In this document: in pieces, positions 8,992 to 17,676 of the stretch
How positions within the stretch are numbered: position 1 is the first letter of the stretch
Layout: every line of letters begins with the position of its first letter
From: a virus
Taxonomy: Duplodnaviria > Caudoviricetes
Length of the DNA: 54,326 nucleotides
Virus record (IMG/VR): IMGVR_UViG_3300037423_000907
Span: 1-54,326 of that record
Direction: 5' to 3' (one strand)
Position numbers and translations under genes: made by a program
Notes under the pieces: model-generated
Databases searched by the model: none
Seen by the model: the letters and a program-made list of their open reading frames with translations, nothing else
What the model was told of the DNA's origin: nothing

Positions 8992-9305
8992 TGCCCCAAC
9001 TGATCATCCACAAGGACGGCGCCTACAACATCTTCAGCACGGTTGTGGATGCCTGCCATTACGAACCCGCGCTCACACTGGGGGAGCTCACCGAGGTGAT
9101 CCGCTTCGAGCAAGGACAGAACGGCATCGACCAGTTGCCGGCGCGCCTGGAGCGTGCACACCGCACCGGCTGTTCCTCCCTCGGCGGTGAGACGCTGGAG
9201 GAGTGCATTTGCTGCAACCGTGCCGGGCCGAACGAGTCGAGGCTGAGCTTCGATGACTTCGTCGCCAGGTTCCTCACGTTGCCGACGAAACAGGGAGGCG
9301 AGTGA
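8991..9305 (+). CDS. Hypothetical protein
   Basis: AGGAGG RBS; coupled. Confidence 0.65.
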   Translation: MPQLIIHKDGAYNIFSTVVDACHYEPALTLGELTEVIRFEQGQNGIDQLPARLERAHRTGCSSLGGETLEECICCNRAGPNESRLSFDDFVARFLTLPTKQGGE

Positions 9306-9712
9306 TGCCCATCCTCAAGAACGCGGACCTTTCCAAGATGTTCATCACCGAGCCGAAACGGCCAGAGCCGGTAACGCTGGTTGCGGAGATCAACGTCGAT
9401 GAAGAACTGATTCGCCTCATCCAATCCGACAGAACATATGCGGTCAATTTCATCAAGCGAATGTTGGCGCAACGGCTGCTGGACCAGATCACTGCGAGGT
9501 GCCTCCCGTTCGATGTGGAGGCCGGGCTGGATGACTTCCTCTACCGCCGCAAGCCGCTGCGTATGGAGGTGACGCTCGCCGACCGCGGCAAGTACGAGCA
9601 CTGGCTGCCGATAGAGCGCGAGGCTGGCCAACGCGAAGGCTTCATCGACGGCGAGAAGGCAGTGCGCCGCCGCCTCCCGCACGGCATTGACATCGACAGG
9701 ACGGACGAATGA
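9305..9712 (+). CDS. Hypothetical protein
   Basis: GGAGG RBS; coupled. Confidence 0.6.
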   Translation: MPILKNADLSKMFITEPKRPEPVTLVAEINVDEELIRLIQSDRTYAVNFIKRMLAQRLLDQITARCLPFDVEAGLDDFLYRRKPLRMEVTLADRGKYEHWLPIEREAGQREGFIDGEKAVRRRLPHGIDIDRTDE

Positions 9713-9993
9713 TGGCGGTCTACGTCGATGACATGCGCGCTAGCTTCGGCCGGATGGTGATGTGCCACATGGTGGCCGACACCACCGCCGAGCTGCTGGA
9801 CATGGCCGACCGGATCGGCGTCGCCAGGCGCTGGCTCCAGAAGGCAGGCACGCCGCACGAGCATTTCGACATCGCCCTGAGCAAGCGTGCCTTGGCTATC
9901 CAGCACGGCGCCGTCGAAATCGACCGGTACCAGCTGGTTGGCATCATCCGCGGCAGGCGCGAAGCTGCCGCAAACACAAGTGAACCGGCGTAG
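9709..9993 (+). CDS. DUF4031 family protein
   Basis: VYVDD...MCHMxAD...EL..MA.RIG..R.W.Q...HFDI...KR..A...GA signature. Confidence 0.85.
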   Translation: MMAVYVDDMRASFGRMVMCHMVADTTAELLDMADRIGVARRWLQKAGTPHEHFDIALSKRALAIQHGAVEIDRYQLVGIIRGRREAAANTSEPA

Positions 9994-10038
9994 GGGTACG
10001 CCAGAGGAGTCCGAGATGAGCAGTACAGGAGCACACCA

Positions 10039-10257
10039 ATGAGCCTCGTCACACAAGCATTTCTGTTCGAGAAGTACGGCCCTCGCCTGAACGCGGAACA
10101 GCTCGCCGAAGTCCTCGGCATCTCGAAGGCGGCGCTCTACAACCAGATCAGCTCTGGGACTTGCGCCGTGAAGACTTACCTGGAGTCGGGGAAGCGCTGG
10201 GCGGACTATCGGGACGTGGCCGAGCACTTCGACGCTGTGCGAGTACACGCGGCTTGA
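10039..10257 (+). CDS. xis: Excisionase-like HTH protein
   Basis: LNAEQLAEVLGISKAALYN helix-turn-helix; convergent with the integrase. Confidence 0.7.
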   Translation: MSLVTQAFLFEKYGPRLNAEQLAEVLGISKAALYNQISSGTCAVKTYLESGKRWADYRDVAEHFDAVRVHAA

Positions 10258-11254
10258 CCGCCGCCATGTCCTCGGGTCGCAAGTTCGTGTAGCGCTTCAG
10301 GTTGCGCCAGTCCTTGTGTCCCGTGACGAGAGCAACATGCTGGATCTCGTAGCCCTCCTCGAACAGCCGGCTCGTCCCTTCGTGGCGCATGTCGTGAAGG
10401 TGAAGGTCCGGGATCGACAGCTTGCGGCACGTCCAAGTGAAGTATTTGGACAGCGTGCCAGGCTCGATCGGGAACAGCCGCCCATCCTCGGAGTCCGGCT
10501 GGCGCTGCGCGATGTCCCAAGCCTCGCCGAGCAGCGGCACCCGCTCCAGCACCTTGCCTTTGCGGGGATGCTTGCGCCACACCGGGATGACGCGTGTTGC
10601 CGGGTCGATCTCGGTCTTGAGCACGGCGCACACCTCACCGCGGCGCATGGCCGTGATGGCAGCGAAGGCCACCGCCTCAGCGTAGACGAGGCCGTAGGTC
10701 GTAAGCATGTGATGCAGGATGCGCTGCATCTCGTCGTCGGTCGGCCTGCGCTCCCGCTTCCCGCCGCCGCCAATCAGCCGCAGGTGATGCAGCATCGGTC
10801 GCGCCGCGCCCACCACGTCAGGCAGCGTCACCTTCAGCTTCGCGCCGCCATAGCGCAGCACCGTGCCCAGCTTCGACACGTCCATGTTGATGGTGTACGG
10901 CCCGGCGCCGTCCTCGCGCCTAGACACGGCGTAGGCGATGAGGTCGTCCGGACTGAGCTTGCCGGCCACCCTCTCTCCCAGGCCCTTCTCCAGCGCCTTG
11001 AGCATGTAGTGCTCGTTCGAGGTGTCGAGGATGGGTCGCGCCTGGTCGCGGAGTTCCCGGTATGCCTGGATCACCTCACGCACCAGCAGCCTGCCCGGCT
11101 CGGCCTGAACCTGACCACCGTCGATCTCGCCCTCTCGGGCACGCGCCCAGGCGAGCGCCTGGGCCTTGGTGTCGAACGTCTTACACTGGGCCTTGTGCCC
11201 CTTGCGTCGGATCAGTGCTCGCCACCGATCCCCTATTTGCAGGATGCTCGCCAC
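10148..11254 (-). CDS. int: Tyrosine recombinase (phage integrase)
   Basis: MRRGE, K-H, HDMRH, GHKD and RY catalytic motifs. Confidence 0.93.
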   Translation of the reverse strand: MASILQIGDRWRALIRRKGHKAQCKTFDTKAQALAWARAREGEIDGGQVQAEPGRLLVREVIQAYRELRDQARPILDTSNEHYMLKALEKGLGERVAGKLSPDDLIAYAVSRREDGAGPYTINMDVSKLGTVLRYGGAKLKVTLPDVVGAARPMLHHLRLIGGGGKRERRPTDDEMQRILHHMLTTYGLVYAEAVAFAAITAMRRGEVCAVLKTEIDPATRVIPVWRKHPRKGKVLERVPLLGEAWDIAQRQPDSEDGRLFPIEPGTLSKYFTWTCRKLSIPDLHLHDMRHEGTSRLFEEGYEIQHVALVTGHKDWRNLKRYTNLRPEDMAAVKPRVLAQRRSARPRPDSPPSASPTPGKSSRRKSQS

Positions 11255-11426
11255 GTATCACTCCTCGTATCGCCGCGTATCTTTGCGGCTATGATACCGA
11301 CGGAGTTAGTTGGAGCGTCACAGAGCGAACGGACAACGCGATGCAGGGGCGCATTCCGCCCAGCCCGCCGTAGTTCAATGGGAAGAATCCCAGGCTCTTG
11401 TGACTTTCCGTATCAAACGGATATCA
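11254..11426. other. attP region: putative core 11364-11381 (CCCGCCGTAGTTCAATGG) with GTATC-type arm repeats
   Basis: Repeats at 11254, 11266, 11276, 11292 (inverted), 11409 and 11420 flank a core resembling a tRNA 5' end, next to int. Confidence 0.7.
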
Positions 11427-11436
11427 CTGGAGCTAC

Positions 11437-11802
11437 ATGGGAACCGTCGTCGAACTCGGCCAGCGGCTGAGGATCACCCGCACAGCCGAACAGTGCCAGC
11501 TTGACCGGATCGCGCGACGCGATGCCGAGAGGAGCGCGAAGGCGTGCGCCCTTGCTGCCAAGCGCAAGGCGGCGATTCTGCGGCGGACGCCGCCCTGGGC
11601 TGACCTTCAGGCCATCCGAGCCATCTACGCCCAAGCAGCGCGCGCCACGCGCCTGACGGGCATCCCTCACCACGTTGACCACATCGTGCCGCTTCAGGGC
11701 GAGCTGGTCAGTGGGCTGCATGTGCAAAACAACCTGCAAGTCCTAACGGCAACGGAGAACCGCAGGAAGTGGCACCACTTTTCTACTCAGGAGCTGACAT
11801 GA
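11437..11802 (+). CDS. HNH endonuclease
   Basis: TPPWAD...HHVDHIVPL...GLHVQNNLQV...EN. Confidence 0.85.
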   Translation: MGTVVELGQRLRITRTAEQCQLDRIARRDAERSAKACALAAKRKAAILRRTPPWADLQAIRAIYAQAARATRLTGIPHHVDHIVPLQGELVSGLHVQNNLQVLTATENRRKWHHFSTQELT

Positions 11803-12215
11803 CCGATCCCACCCCCACCGGGGCAATCCCCTCTGACCGAGAGTTGCTGGAGCTTGCTGCGAGAGCCTCTGGCATGCCGGTGCTGCCCTTCGACCAACCG
11901 TGGGGGCCGGGCGCCACCGGCTGGTTCTACAACTCGAATGGCGGCTCCGGCATGTTCAGCGTGGACGGCCCGAAGCGCTGGAATCCCCTCACCGACGATG
12001 GCGACGCTCTGCGGCTAGCGACGAAGCTACGGATCGACCTCTATCACTACGCTGGGGCGATGAACCACGGGGAGCCTGACTACGTGCAGGCCGTCCCGTG
12101 TGACGGCAATCCCGAAGGCGCGAGCGTGCTGGAGAACAGCAATCAAGACCCCTACGCCGCCACCCGCCGCGCAATCACCCGCGCTGCCGCTGAACTCGGG
12201 AGGGCCGCAGCATGA
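11799..12215 (+). CDS. Conserved phage hypothetical protein (WNPLTDDGDALRLA family)
   Basis: AGGAG RBS; paralog of 5608..5949. Confidence 0.75.
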   Translation: MTDPTPTGAIPSDRELLELAARASGMPVLPFDQPWGPGATGWFYNSNGGSGMFSVDGPKRWNPLTDDGDALRLATKLRIDLYHYAGAMNHGEPDYVQAVPCDGNPEGASVLENSNQDPYAATRRAITRAAAELGRAAA

Positions 12216-12739
12216 GCGGCCCCTCTACCCTGCCCGACCGGATCAGTGCCTACCTTTCGGGTGGAGGCCTGTTCAACCCGGAGATGGCTGACCACGACGC
12301 AGTTCGAGACCTGCTGATCGAGTGCCGGGATGCTCTTGCCCATCCGACCTCCACGCTCCGGCAAGAGGCATGCGACGCTGCTGCGTCGGAGCCGGTAGCG
12401 TGGCAGTGGCGCAAGAAGGGCGACCCGTGGACGCTTGAGCGAACGTTCAATTCCGAGGTGTTCGCAACGACGGATGACACCGAGGTTCGCGCGCTGTACG
12501 CCTCCCTCTCTCCTGCTCCGCAAGCAAGCCCGGATGAGTGGGCCGAGTTTGATGTGCTGGGATACACCGGGAACGACGTAGAGCAGGTTGCAGGAGCGTC
12601 CGGACCCAGAGAGAAGGCACTACGCGAGGCCCTGTGGTACGTGCAAGACTGCCTGTCGGAGTATGACCGTGTCGAGGTGCAGCAGGTCAAGCGCACCATG
12701 GTCGCAGCTATGTCCGCCACTTCGGGAGCCAAGCCATGA
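12212..12739 (+). CDS. Mosaic hypothetical protein
   Basis: ATGA coupling; EPVAW module typical of phage accessory ORFs. Confidence 0.65.
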   Translation: MSGPSTLPDRISAYLSGGGLFNPEMADHDAVRDLLIECRDALAHPTSTLRQEACDAAASEPVAWQWRKKGDPWTLERTFNSEVFATTDDTEVRALYASLSPAPQASPDEWAEFDVLGYTGNDVEQVAGASGPREKALREALWYVQDCLSEYDRVEVQQVKRTMVAAMSATSGAKP

Positions 12740-13251
12740 CCGGCCCCGTCCAACTGCTGGTCGGCCTCGCGCTTCTGGCTGGCGTCGTTCTGCTGGGCTG
12801 GCTTGTGCACCGCTTCACCAAAACCGTCGTGCCCTACGAGGCCGGCGAAAGAAGGGAGAATCTCAAGGAGGCGCCGCGCGGACCGAGCTACGCGATGACC
12901 TATGCGGTTCTGATCGTGATCACAGCCATCTGCGCACTGATCCTTCTGTGGCTAATCGCGGCGTTCGGGTATGCGACTTACTGGACGTGGGGAAACTACG
13001 GGCCTGCAGCGCTCGTGCCTGGCGTCATCACCGCGGCGCTGGTCGGCGTCCTGCCATCGGCCGCAACCCACTTGCATGCCTATTGGTCGTCTGTGAACGA
13101 AGAGCGGGGGCGTCTTTCCGTCAAGGCCGACACCAGGCCAGACTTCGGCATCCACAAAGAGTCTGAGGAGCCCGTGCGCAATGATGGCGGCGGGTACGAG
13201 TGGAAGGATGGCAGGATCACCAGAGACCAGAAAGGCAAGGAACCGCTATGA
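12736..13251 (+). CDS. Membrane protein with about 3 TM segments
   Basis: Three hydrophobic stretches; coupled. Confidence 0.7.
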   Translation: MTGPVQLLVGLALLAGVVLLGWLVHRFTKTVVPYEAGERRENLKEAPRGPSYAMTYAVLIVITAICALILLWLIAAFGYATYWTWGNYGPAALVPGVITAALVGVLPSAATHLHAYWSSVNEERGRLSVKADTRPDFGIHKESEEPVRNDGGGYEWKDGRITRDQKGKEPL

Positions 13252-13466
13252 CCGCACACGCGTACTTTCTCGTTCTCTGCTTTTTCAACGGTCCGTGCGG
13301 GGTTGTCCAGATGGATGTCAATGCGCAGACGTGTAACAAGACGCTCGCTGCATTTGAGTTGTCCGAGGCGCTTCTGGTCAAGAACGGTCGTGAGAGGACC
13401 GTCGCGCTTGCTCAATGCAGAGATATGGGCGACGGGAAGCTTCTCGCGCAGTTCGCTCCCCACTGA
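13248..13466 (+). CDS. Small Cys-containing protein, possibly exported
   Basis: AAGGA RBS; ATGA coupling. Confidence 0.55.
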   Translation: MTAHAYFLVLCFFNGPCGVVQMDVNAQTCNKTLAAFELSEALLVKNGRERTVALAQCRDMGDGKLLAQFAPH

Positions 13467-13481
13467 TGTACCCTAGGCGGC

Positions 13482-13697
13482 ATGAAACGAGTCGCCTTCT
13501 GGTACTGGATGCTGCCTGTCGCCGGTAAGCCCGGCAAGGTCAAGAGGTCGAACTTCCGGATGGACGAGGAGACAGCGCAGCAGCGCTATCCAGGCTGTCA
13601 GAAGGCGGACTGGGCGCCGGAGTGGCGTAAAGTGTACGAGCCTACGGATGATGTTCCGTTGAACACGAAGCCGGTTGATCCGGAGAAGAGCTGCTAA
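13482..13697 (+). CDS. Hypothetical protein
   Basis: Last + strand ORF; convergent with the late operon. Confidence 0.55.
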   Translation: MKRVAFWYWMLPVAGKPGKVKRSNFRMDEETAQQRYPGCQKADWAPEWRKVYEPTDDVPLNTKPVDPEKSC

Positions 13698-13972
13698 GCC
13701 TGTTCGCGATTCGCGAATTCCGAAGTATGTACACGAACTTCGGACACGCGCGACTCGTACCCGCCGCATGCCGCCAGCTTCAGCAGCGCCTCTGCGGCGT
13801 GTTCAATATCTTGGACAAACGCGCGCTCCGGCACGAAGATCCGCAGGCCGGCGACGAACAGCGTAGCGCCGAGTTCTGAGGCGATTTCTTGCTCAGATTT
13901 GGCCTTCTGCGCCTCGTAGTGGCTCATATTTGGCTCATGTTTTGAGGCGATTGGTGAGGCGATCACGCTCAT
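13694..13972 (-). CDS. Hypothetical protein
   Basis: ATGA-coupled to the HNH gene. Confidence 0.45.
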   Translation of the reverse strand: MSVIASPIASKHEPNMSHYEAQKAKSEQEIASELGATLFVAGLRIFVPERAFVQDIEHAAEALLKLAACGGYESRVSEVRVHTSEFANREQA

Positions 13973-14553
13973 GGCATGTCAGGCCAATACCTGTTGTGCT
14001 TGGCTCGGTTTTGCCGTCGCGGGATGACCTGCAGATTGGCCGGGCAATGAAGGCCACACACTAGCTTGTGTTGCAGCGGAACGATGTGGTCCACATCATG
14101 TGGTACTCCGCTTGCTGATAGCCTGCGCGCGAGCATATAGAAGCTCTGCATCGCCCGCCGGTCTGCCCACGAGGGGGTGGCGCGAAGCTTTGAGGCCTGT
14201 CGTCGGCGAACGATCTCCATCTGGATGTGCTTATTTTCGCTCGCCCACTTGGCTTTGGCCGCAACGGCGGCCTCAGGGTTTTTTCGTTCCCACTCGCGCC
14301 TAGATTGACGCCGCCTTTCGGCAACTATGTGCTGCGGCAGCGGTGGACCCATATGCCTCGGCGGCTTGTTCTTATGGTTCCATTCGCGTTGACGCCTTCT
14401 AGTCGCCTCTGGATTGCGCCGAGCGTGTTCTACGGCATCCAGTACGTGGCATGGCTTGCAGCGGGCGCGTGGTTTCCCGCGACATAGCGGAAATGCATCA
14501 ATGGGTTTGTTCTCGCCGCACCTGGTGCAGCACTTTAGAATGGCATCAGCCAT
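13969..14553 (-). CDS. HNH endonuclease with an N-terminal CxxC zinc finger
   Basis: CTRC...CKPC; TPSWAD...HDVDHIVPL...GLHCPANLQV...N. Confidence 0.88.
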   Translation of the reverse strand: MADAILKCCTRCGENKPIDAFPLCRGKPRARCKPCHVLDAVEHARRNPEATRRRQREWNHKNKPPRHMGPPLPQHIVAERRRQSRREWERKNPEAAVAAKAKWASENKHIQMEIVRRRQASKLRATPSWADRRAMQSFYMLARRLSASGVPHDVDHIVPLQHKLVCGLHCPANLQVIPRRQNRAKHNRYWPDMP

Positions 14554-14556
14554 CTG

Positions 14557-14636
14557 CCTAACCTCCGAAATAGGTTAGGTTGGTGGTTAGGCCCGCCTGA
14601 GTGCTCGCAACACTCTCGTGGGTCGCCTGCATTCTA
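14557..14636 (-). promoter_or_regulatory. HNH leader: TAGAAT -10 box and an RBS-sequestering hairpin
   Basis: CCTAACCT/AGGTTAGG stem overlaps the GGAGG RBS; second hairpin GAGTG/CACTC. Confidence 0.5.
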
Positions 14637-15608
14637 TTCGCCAGAGACATCGAGCACGGTGCCCCTAAAGTCAACCTTACCGAATTCCAGAACCCTACAC
14701 AGCTCCGGCCATAGGAGGCGGCCGCCGTGGAACGTGAGAACGGCAAATCCGCTTCGATGGTTCTTCGGGTTGTCTTCGCTGTAGTCGATGAACTGGGGGC
14801 CGTTTACGTCCGCGAGTGTGCCAGTATCGACGCCCCAGCGTGTACCGTTGTAGTCGTCGTATGGCGTTACCTTGAGCGAATGAAGGTGCCCGGTGACGAT
14901 CGTCTTTCCTGAACTGACAGTGTTGTTATGGGCGGCGTGAATTCCAGACTTAAGTCTGTGTTTCACCACAACATCACCATTGATCCAGACAGACCAGCAT
15001 GGCGCCCACGCAGTGAAATGATCCTTCAGACTAAACCCCTTTACACCCTCGAACTCTGGCGCATTCTGGGCCAGGCGGTTCTCAAACCGTGCGTCGTGGT
15101 TGCCCAGCGGCCAATATAACTTCGCCCCTTCTGCGACATCCTCAATCTCGCCAAGTCGCTCTTTGCAGGCCTTCAACTCCTCTAATACCGTTGGCTTTGA
15201 GTCCCAGCCGATCCGCGGATATCGACTAATCGAAGCTCCGTCGAAGGCGTCACCATTGTTGATGATCGCCTTGGGCTTGAGTTCGCGTGCGAACATGAGG
15301 AGGGCCTTGAAGGCGGTTGATCGCACACCTGGCCAGAAGTGCGCGTCTGAAAAGATCAACACGACGCCATTCTGGACGTCGAGTTGACGCCGTGCTGAAT
15401 GCTCGACCTGCCGTAGATGCTTGAAGTGGTGCCCGCTCGGCGGCTCATTCCTTGAATCCAAGTTCAGGTTGTACCGCTGCTCCACCCGACGACGGCGCTT
15501 GAACACGTCCCTCTGGGCCATCCCAAGCGCCTTGGCTACGGCGCGACCGCCGCCATGGGTTCGCCACAGTTCCATGAACTCAGCGTCTGTGCATTTGGCA
15601 ACTGGCAT
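14634..15608 (-). CDS. Calcineurin-like metallophosphoesterase with an N-terminal HTH-like region
   Basis: DAH, GDAFD, GNHD, H and GHLH motifs. Confidence 0.88.
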   Translation of the reverse strand: MPVAKCTDAEFMELWRTHGGGRAVAKALGMAQRDVFKRRRRVEQRYNLNLDSRNEPPSGHHFKHLRQVEHSARRQLDVQNGVVLIFSDAHFWPGVRSTAFKALLMFARELKPKAIINNGDAFDGASISRYPRIGWDSKPTVLEELKACKERLGEIEDVAEGAKLYWPLGNHDARFENRLAQNAPEFEGVKGFSLKDHFTAWAPCWSVWINGDVVVKHRLKSGIHAAHNNTVSSGKTIVTGHLHSLKVTPYDDYNGTRWGVDTGTLADVNGPQFIDYSEDNPKNHRSGFAVLTFHGGRLLWPELCRVLEFGKVDFRGTVLDVSGE

Positions 15609-15655
15609 CTATGCCTCCGGTGGAATGAGCAGCAGATATTCCATGCGCGGCATGA

Positions 15656-16024
15656 TCACTCTCGCCCCGGGACAAGAAGAACTTCCAGCGTGTTGATCAC
15701 GCGGTGCTCAATGGACGCCAAGTCGTCGTCCGTGATGGACGGATTGCGCGCGGACTGGATCAATTCGTAGAGCAAGACGTGCAGCAGTTCGTGCACCGCC
15801 GTCTGTGTGATCGTCACCTCCGTGACCGGGGTCGCCATCCAGTCCAGGCCGATGCGACAAGTGACCTGGCGCTGAGACCAGTTCCACTTGTCCATCTGCG
15901 CCATGACGTTCTTAGCGCGCTTTGGCGAGAAGACGATCCGCCAGTCCTTCAGGCCCATCCGCTCCTGCCATGTATCAAGCGCCTTGCGAAAGGCCTCGAT
16001 GTCGGCGTCGGTCATGGTGCCCAT
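15656..16024 (-). CDS. HExxH zinc metallopeptidase-like protein
   Basis: VHELLH motif plus a downstream EH. Confidence 0.65.
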   Translation of the reverse strand: MGTMTDADIEAFRKALDTWQERMGLKDWRIVFSPKRAKNVMAQMDKWNWSQRQVTCRIGLDWMATPVTEVTITQTAVHELLHVLLYELIQSARNPSITDDDLASIEHRVINTLEVLLVPGRE

Positions 16025-16028
16025 GGCA

Positions 16029-16241
16029 TCACTTCGATGGTGTTACCACACAAACCGAATCCGCATCTTCAAACCGCCGGATGATGGTGAAATGCACGTC
16101 ATCACTTCCGACGAGCCGGTCGTCAATGTGAGCTTTGCCGCTTTTGGAGCAGACCAGTGACGGTCGTCCTCCGATGCCATGGTTGTTGAGCGTGCTGCAC
16201 CCCGACAAGGCCGCCAGCGCGAGGACAAGAACGAGCTTCAT
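16029..16241 (-). CDS. Small lipoprotein, possible outer-membrane lysis component
   Basis: Lipobox LSGC. Confidence 0.7.
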   Translation of the reverse strand: MKLVLVLALAALSGCSTLNNHGIGGRPSLVCSKSGKAHIDDRLVGSDDVHFTIIRRFEDADSVCVVTPSK

Positions 16242-16501
16242 ACTTTGTTTCCAATCGGTGGTTTGACGGTCTTCTGCTGCGCCGCGAGTTCTTCGTCTGA
16301 CACCATGTCAGAGATGAACCGCGGGCACTTCATGCCTTCGTCGGTGTACATGTAGGTGCCGCGGAAGTTGCCCATCGTGGCGCCGATGCCCTGAGGCAGC
16401 GGGCACTTGTAGCGGGCGCAGTTCTCCTTGAACTGGCAGTCTGGCGATGGAGTGCAGCGGGCCTCTTTGGCGGGAAGGATGCGGCGATGCACGGTGCTCA
16501 T
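16238..16501 (-). CDS. Cys-rich hypothetical protein
   Basis: ATGA coupling; CxxxxxCxxxxxCARY pattern. Confidence 0.6.
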   Translation of the reverse strand: MSTVHRRILPAKEARCTPSPDCQFKENCARYKCPLPQGIGATMGNFRGTYMYTDEGMKCPRFISDMVSDEELAAQQKTVKPPIGNKV

Positions 16502-16992
16502 GACATCACCTCCGCTACAGCGGCCGCATGGTGCGATGGCCACGACTCCGGCCGCGGCTTGCCTGGCTTCCAGCAGCGCAGATACAGCGCCCAGGACTCT
16601 TGCGGCTGATCGACGGCTGGCAGCGGCTTCGGATCTGTCCACAGCAGCAGCCGGCCAAGCCCCATCGCTAGCACATCATCCGTCTCGATCTGCGACCAGA
16701 TGGCCTCAGGCGTGAAGGCGCATCCACGTTCGCGGCAGAGATCGACCAGCCAAAGCCGGCTCTGCGGGTGGTTCATGACGCCACGGACGCCGCCGATCTC
16801 GAACTGAAGGTACCCGTGTGCCGGTCCACGCTTGCCGTTTGCCAGTATCTGGACGTGGGTGGTGAATCCAGACTCCTGCAGACCGATGGCCAGCAGCATC
16901 ACCTTGGCCTCGCGCGAGTTCATCTTGGTGGGCAGCAACGCCAGAGCAGGAACAATGGCACCCTGCATGACAGCGGCAAGACGGAGCATCAC
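16498..16992 (-). CDS. Putative endolysin (lysozyme-like fold)
   Basis: AIGLQES candidate catalytic Glu, GPAxGxxQFE and Y..W.PGKP motifs; downstream of holins. Confidence 0.6.
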   Translation of the reverse strand: MMLRLAAVMQGAIVPALALLPTKMNSREAKVMLLAIGLQESGFTTHVQILANGKRGPAHGYLQFEIGGVRGVMNHPQSRLWLVDLCRERGCAFTPEAIWSQIETDDVLAMGLGRLLLWTDPKPLPAVDQPQESWALYLRCWKPGKPRPESWPSHHAAAVAEVMS

Positions 16993-17435
16993 GGCCTCTC
17001 CGCCAAGTGTGGGGTAGTCTGCGGCTCTTCGTAGCACACAGCACCGATGACGACTGGCAAGTCCAGGCGCACACCGTGCCGATCAACCTTGATGACCAAT
17101 TGCCGGCCGAGCGAGTAGCCGTCGCGCCGGAACATCTCGCCGTTCAGGAACTTGTCGCCGATCTGCACTCCAGCCTTGTCAGCGGGACCGCCCGATACAA
17201 CTTCCTCCACCCACCCGGCGTAGGTGGAGATGATGCCGACGCCACGGTATGAGTGAGGGCAGCCGATGCCTGCGCCTTCGCTGTTCTCAGACGGGAGAAG
17301 TTGCATAGCAACGTCCTCGCCGCGAGTGGTGCCGCCGGTCAACTCAGTGTGCGCAAGCCGCGTTATCGGAAACGTTCCGAACAGGGCTGCGTGCAGCAGC
17401 ACCGATCCGGCAGCGCCGACAAGCCTGGCATTCAT
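16989..17435 (-). CDS. Membrane-anchored PDZ-domain protein
   Basis: GVGI...VEEVVSGGPADKAGVQIGD...V.R.G PDZ signature; N-terminal TM. Confidence 0.75.
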   Translation of the reverse strand: MNARLVGAAGSVLLHAALFGTFPITRLAHTELTGGTTRGEDVAMQLLPSENSEGAGIGCPHSYRGVGIISTYAGWVEEVVSGGPADKAGVQIGDKFLNGEMFRRDGYSLGRQLVIKVDRHGVRLDLPVVIGAVCYEEPQTTPHLAERP

Positions 17436-17668
17436 GAGTTCGGTCCCTGAGCGCGCAGGATAACCGCCTGCATGATCTGGTACAGCTCGCGCTTGGAGAA
17501 CACTGCACAGCCGCCACCCTCCGCGCATTCCTTGGCCTGGTCGGACTCCACGAGCGCCATGCCCTGGCTGGTCTGCACCGCATGGCCTTGTAGCCACGCA
17601 TACTCAGCGGCGACAGTCACCGCGAGCGTTGCACAAACCGTGATCGCAATGACTGAAAGTCGCCGCAT
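17432..17668 (-). CDS. Small protein with an N-terminal TM or signal segment
   Basis: AGGAG RBS; hydrophobic N-terminus; CAEGGGC. Confidence 0.65.
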   Translation of the reverse strand: MRRLSVIAITVCATLAVTVAAEYAWLQGHAVQTSQGMALVESDQAKECAEGGGCAVFSKRELYQIMQAVILRAQGPNS

Positions 17669-17676
17669 GGTGGCTC

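Noticed and set aside
10316-11470. 384-aa + strand ORF and similar long antisense ORFs elsewhere
   Set aside because: Antisense shadows of well-supported genes in high-GC DNA
14498-14511. Fifth late promoter (CAATGGGTTTGT)
   Set aside because: One-base insertion relative to the motif, and inside the HNH coding region
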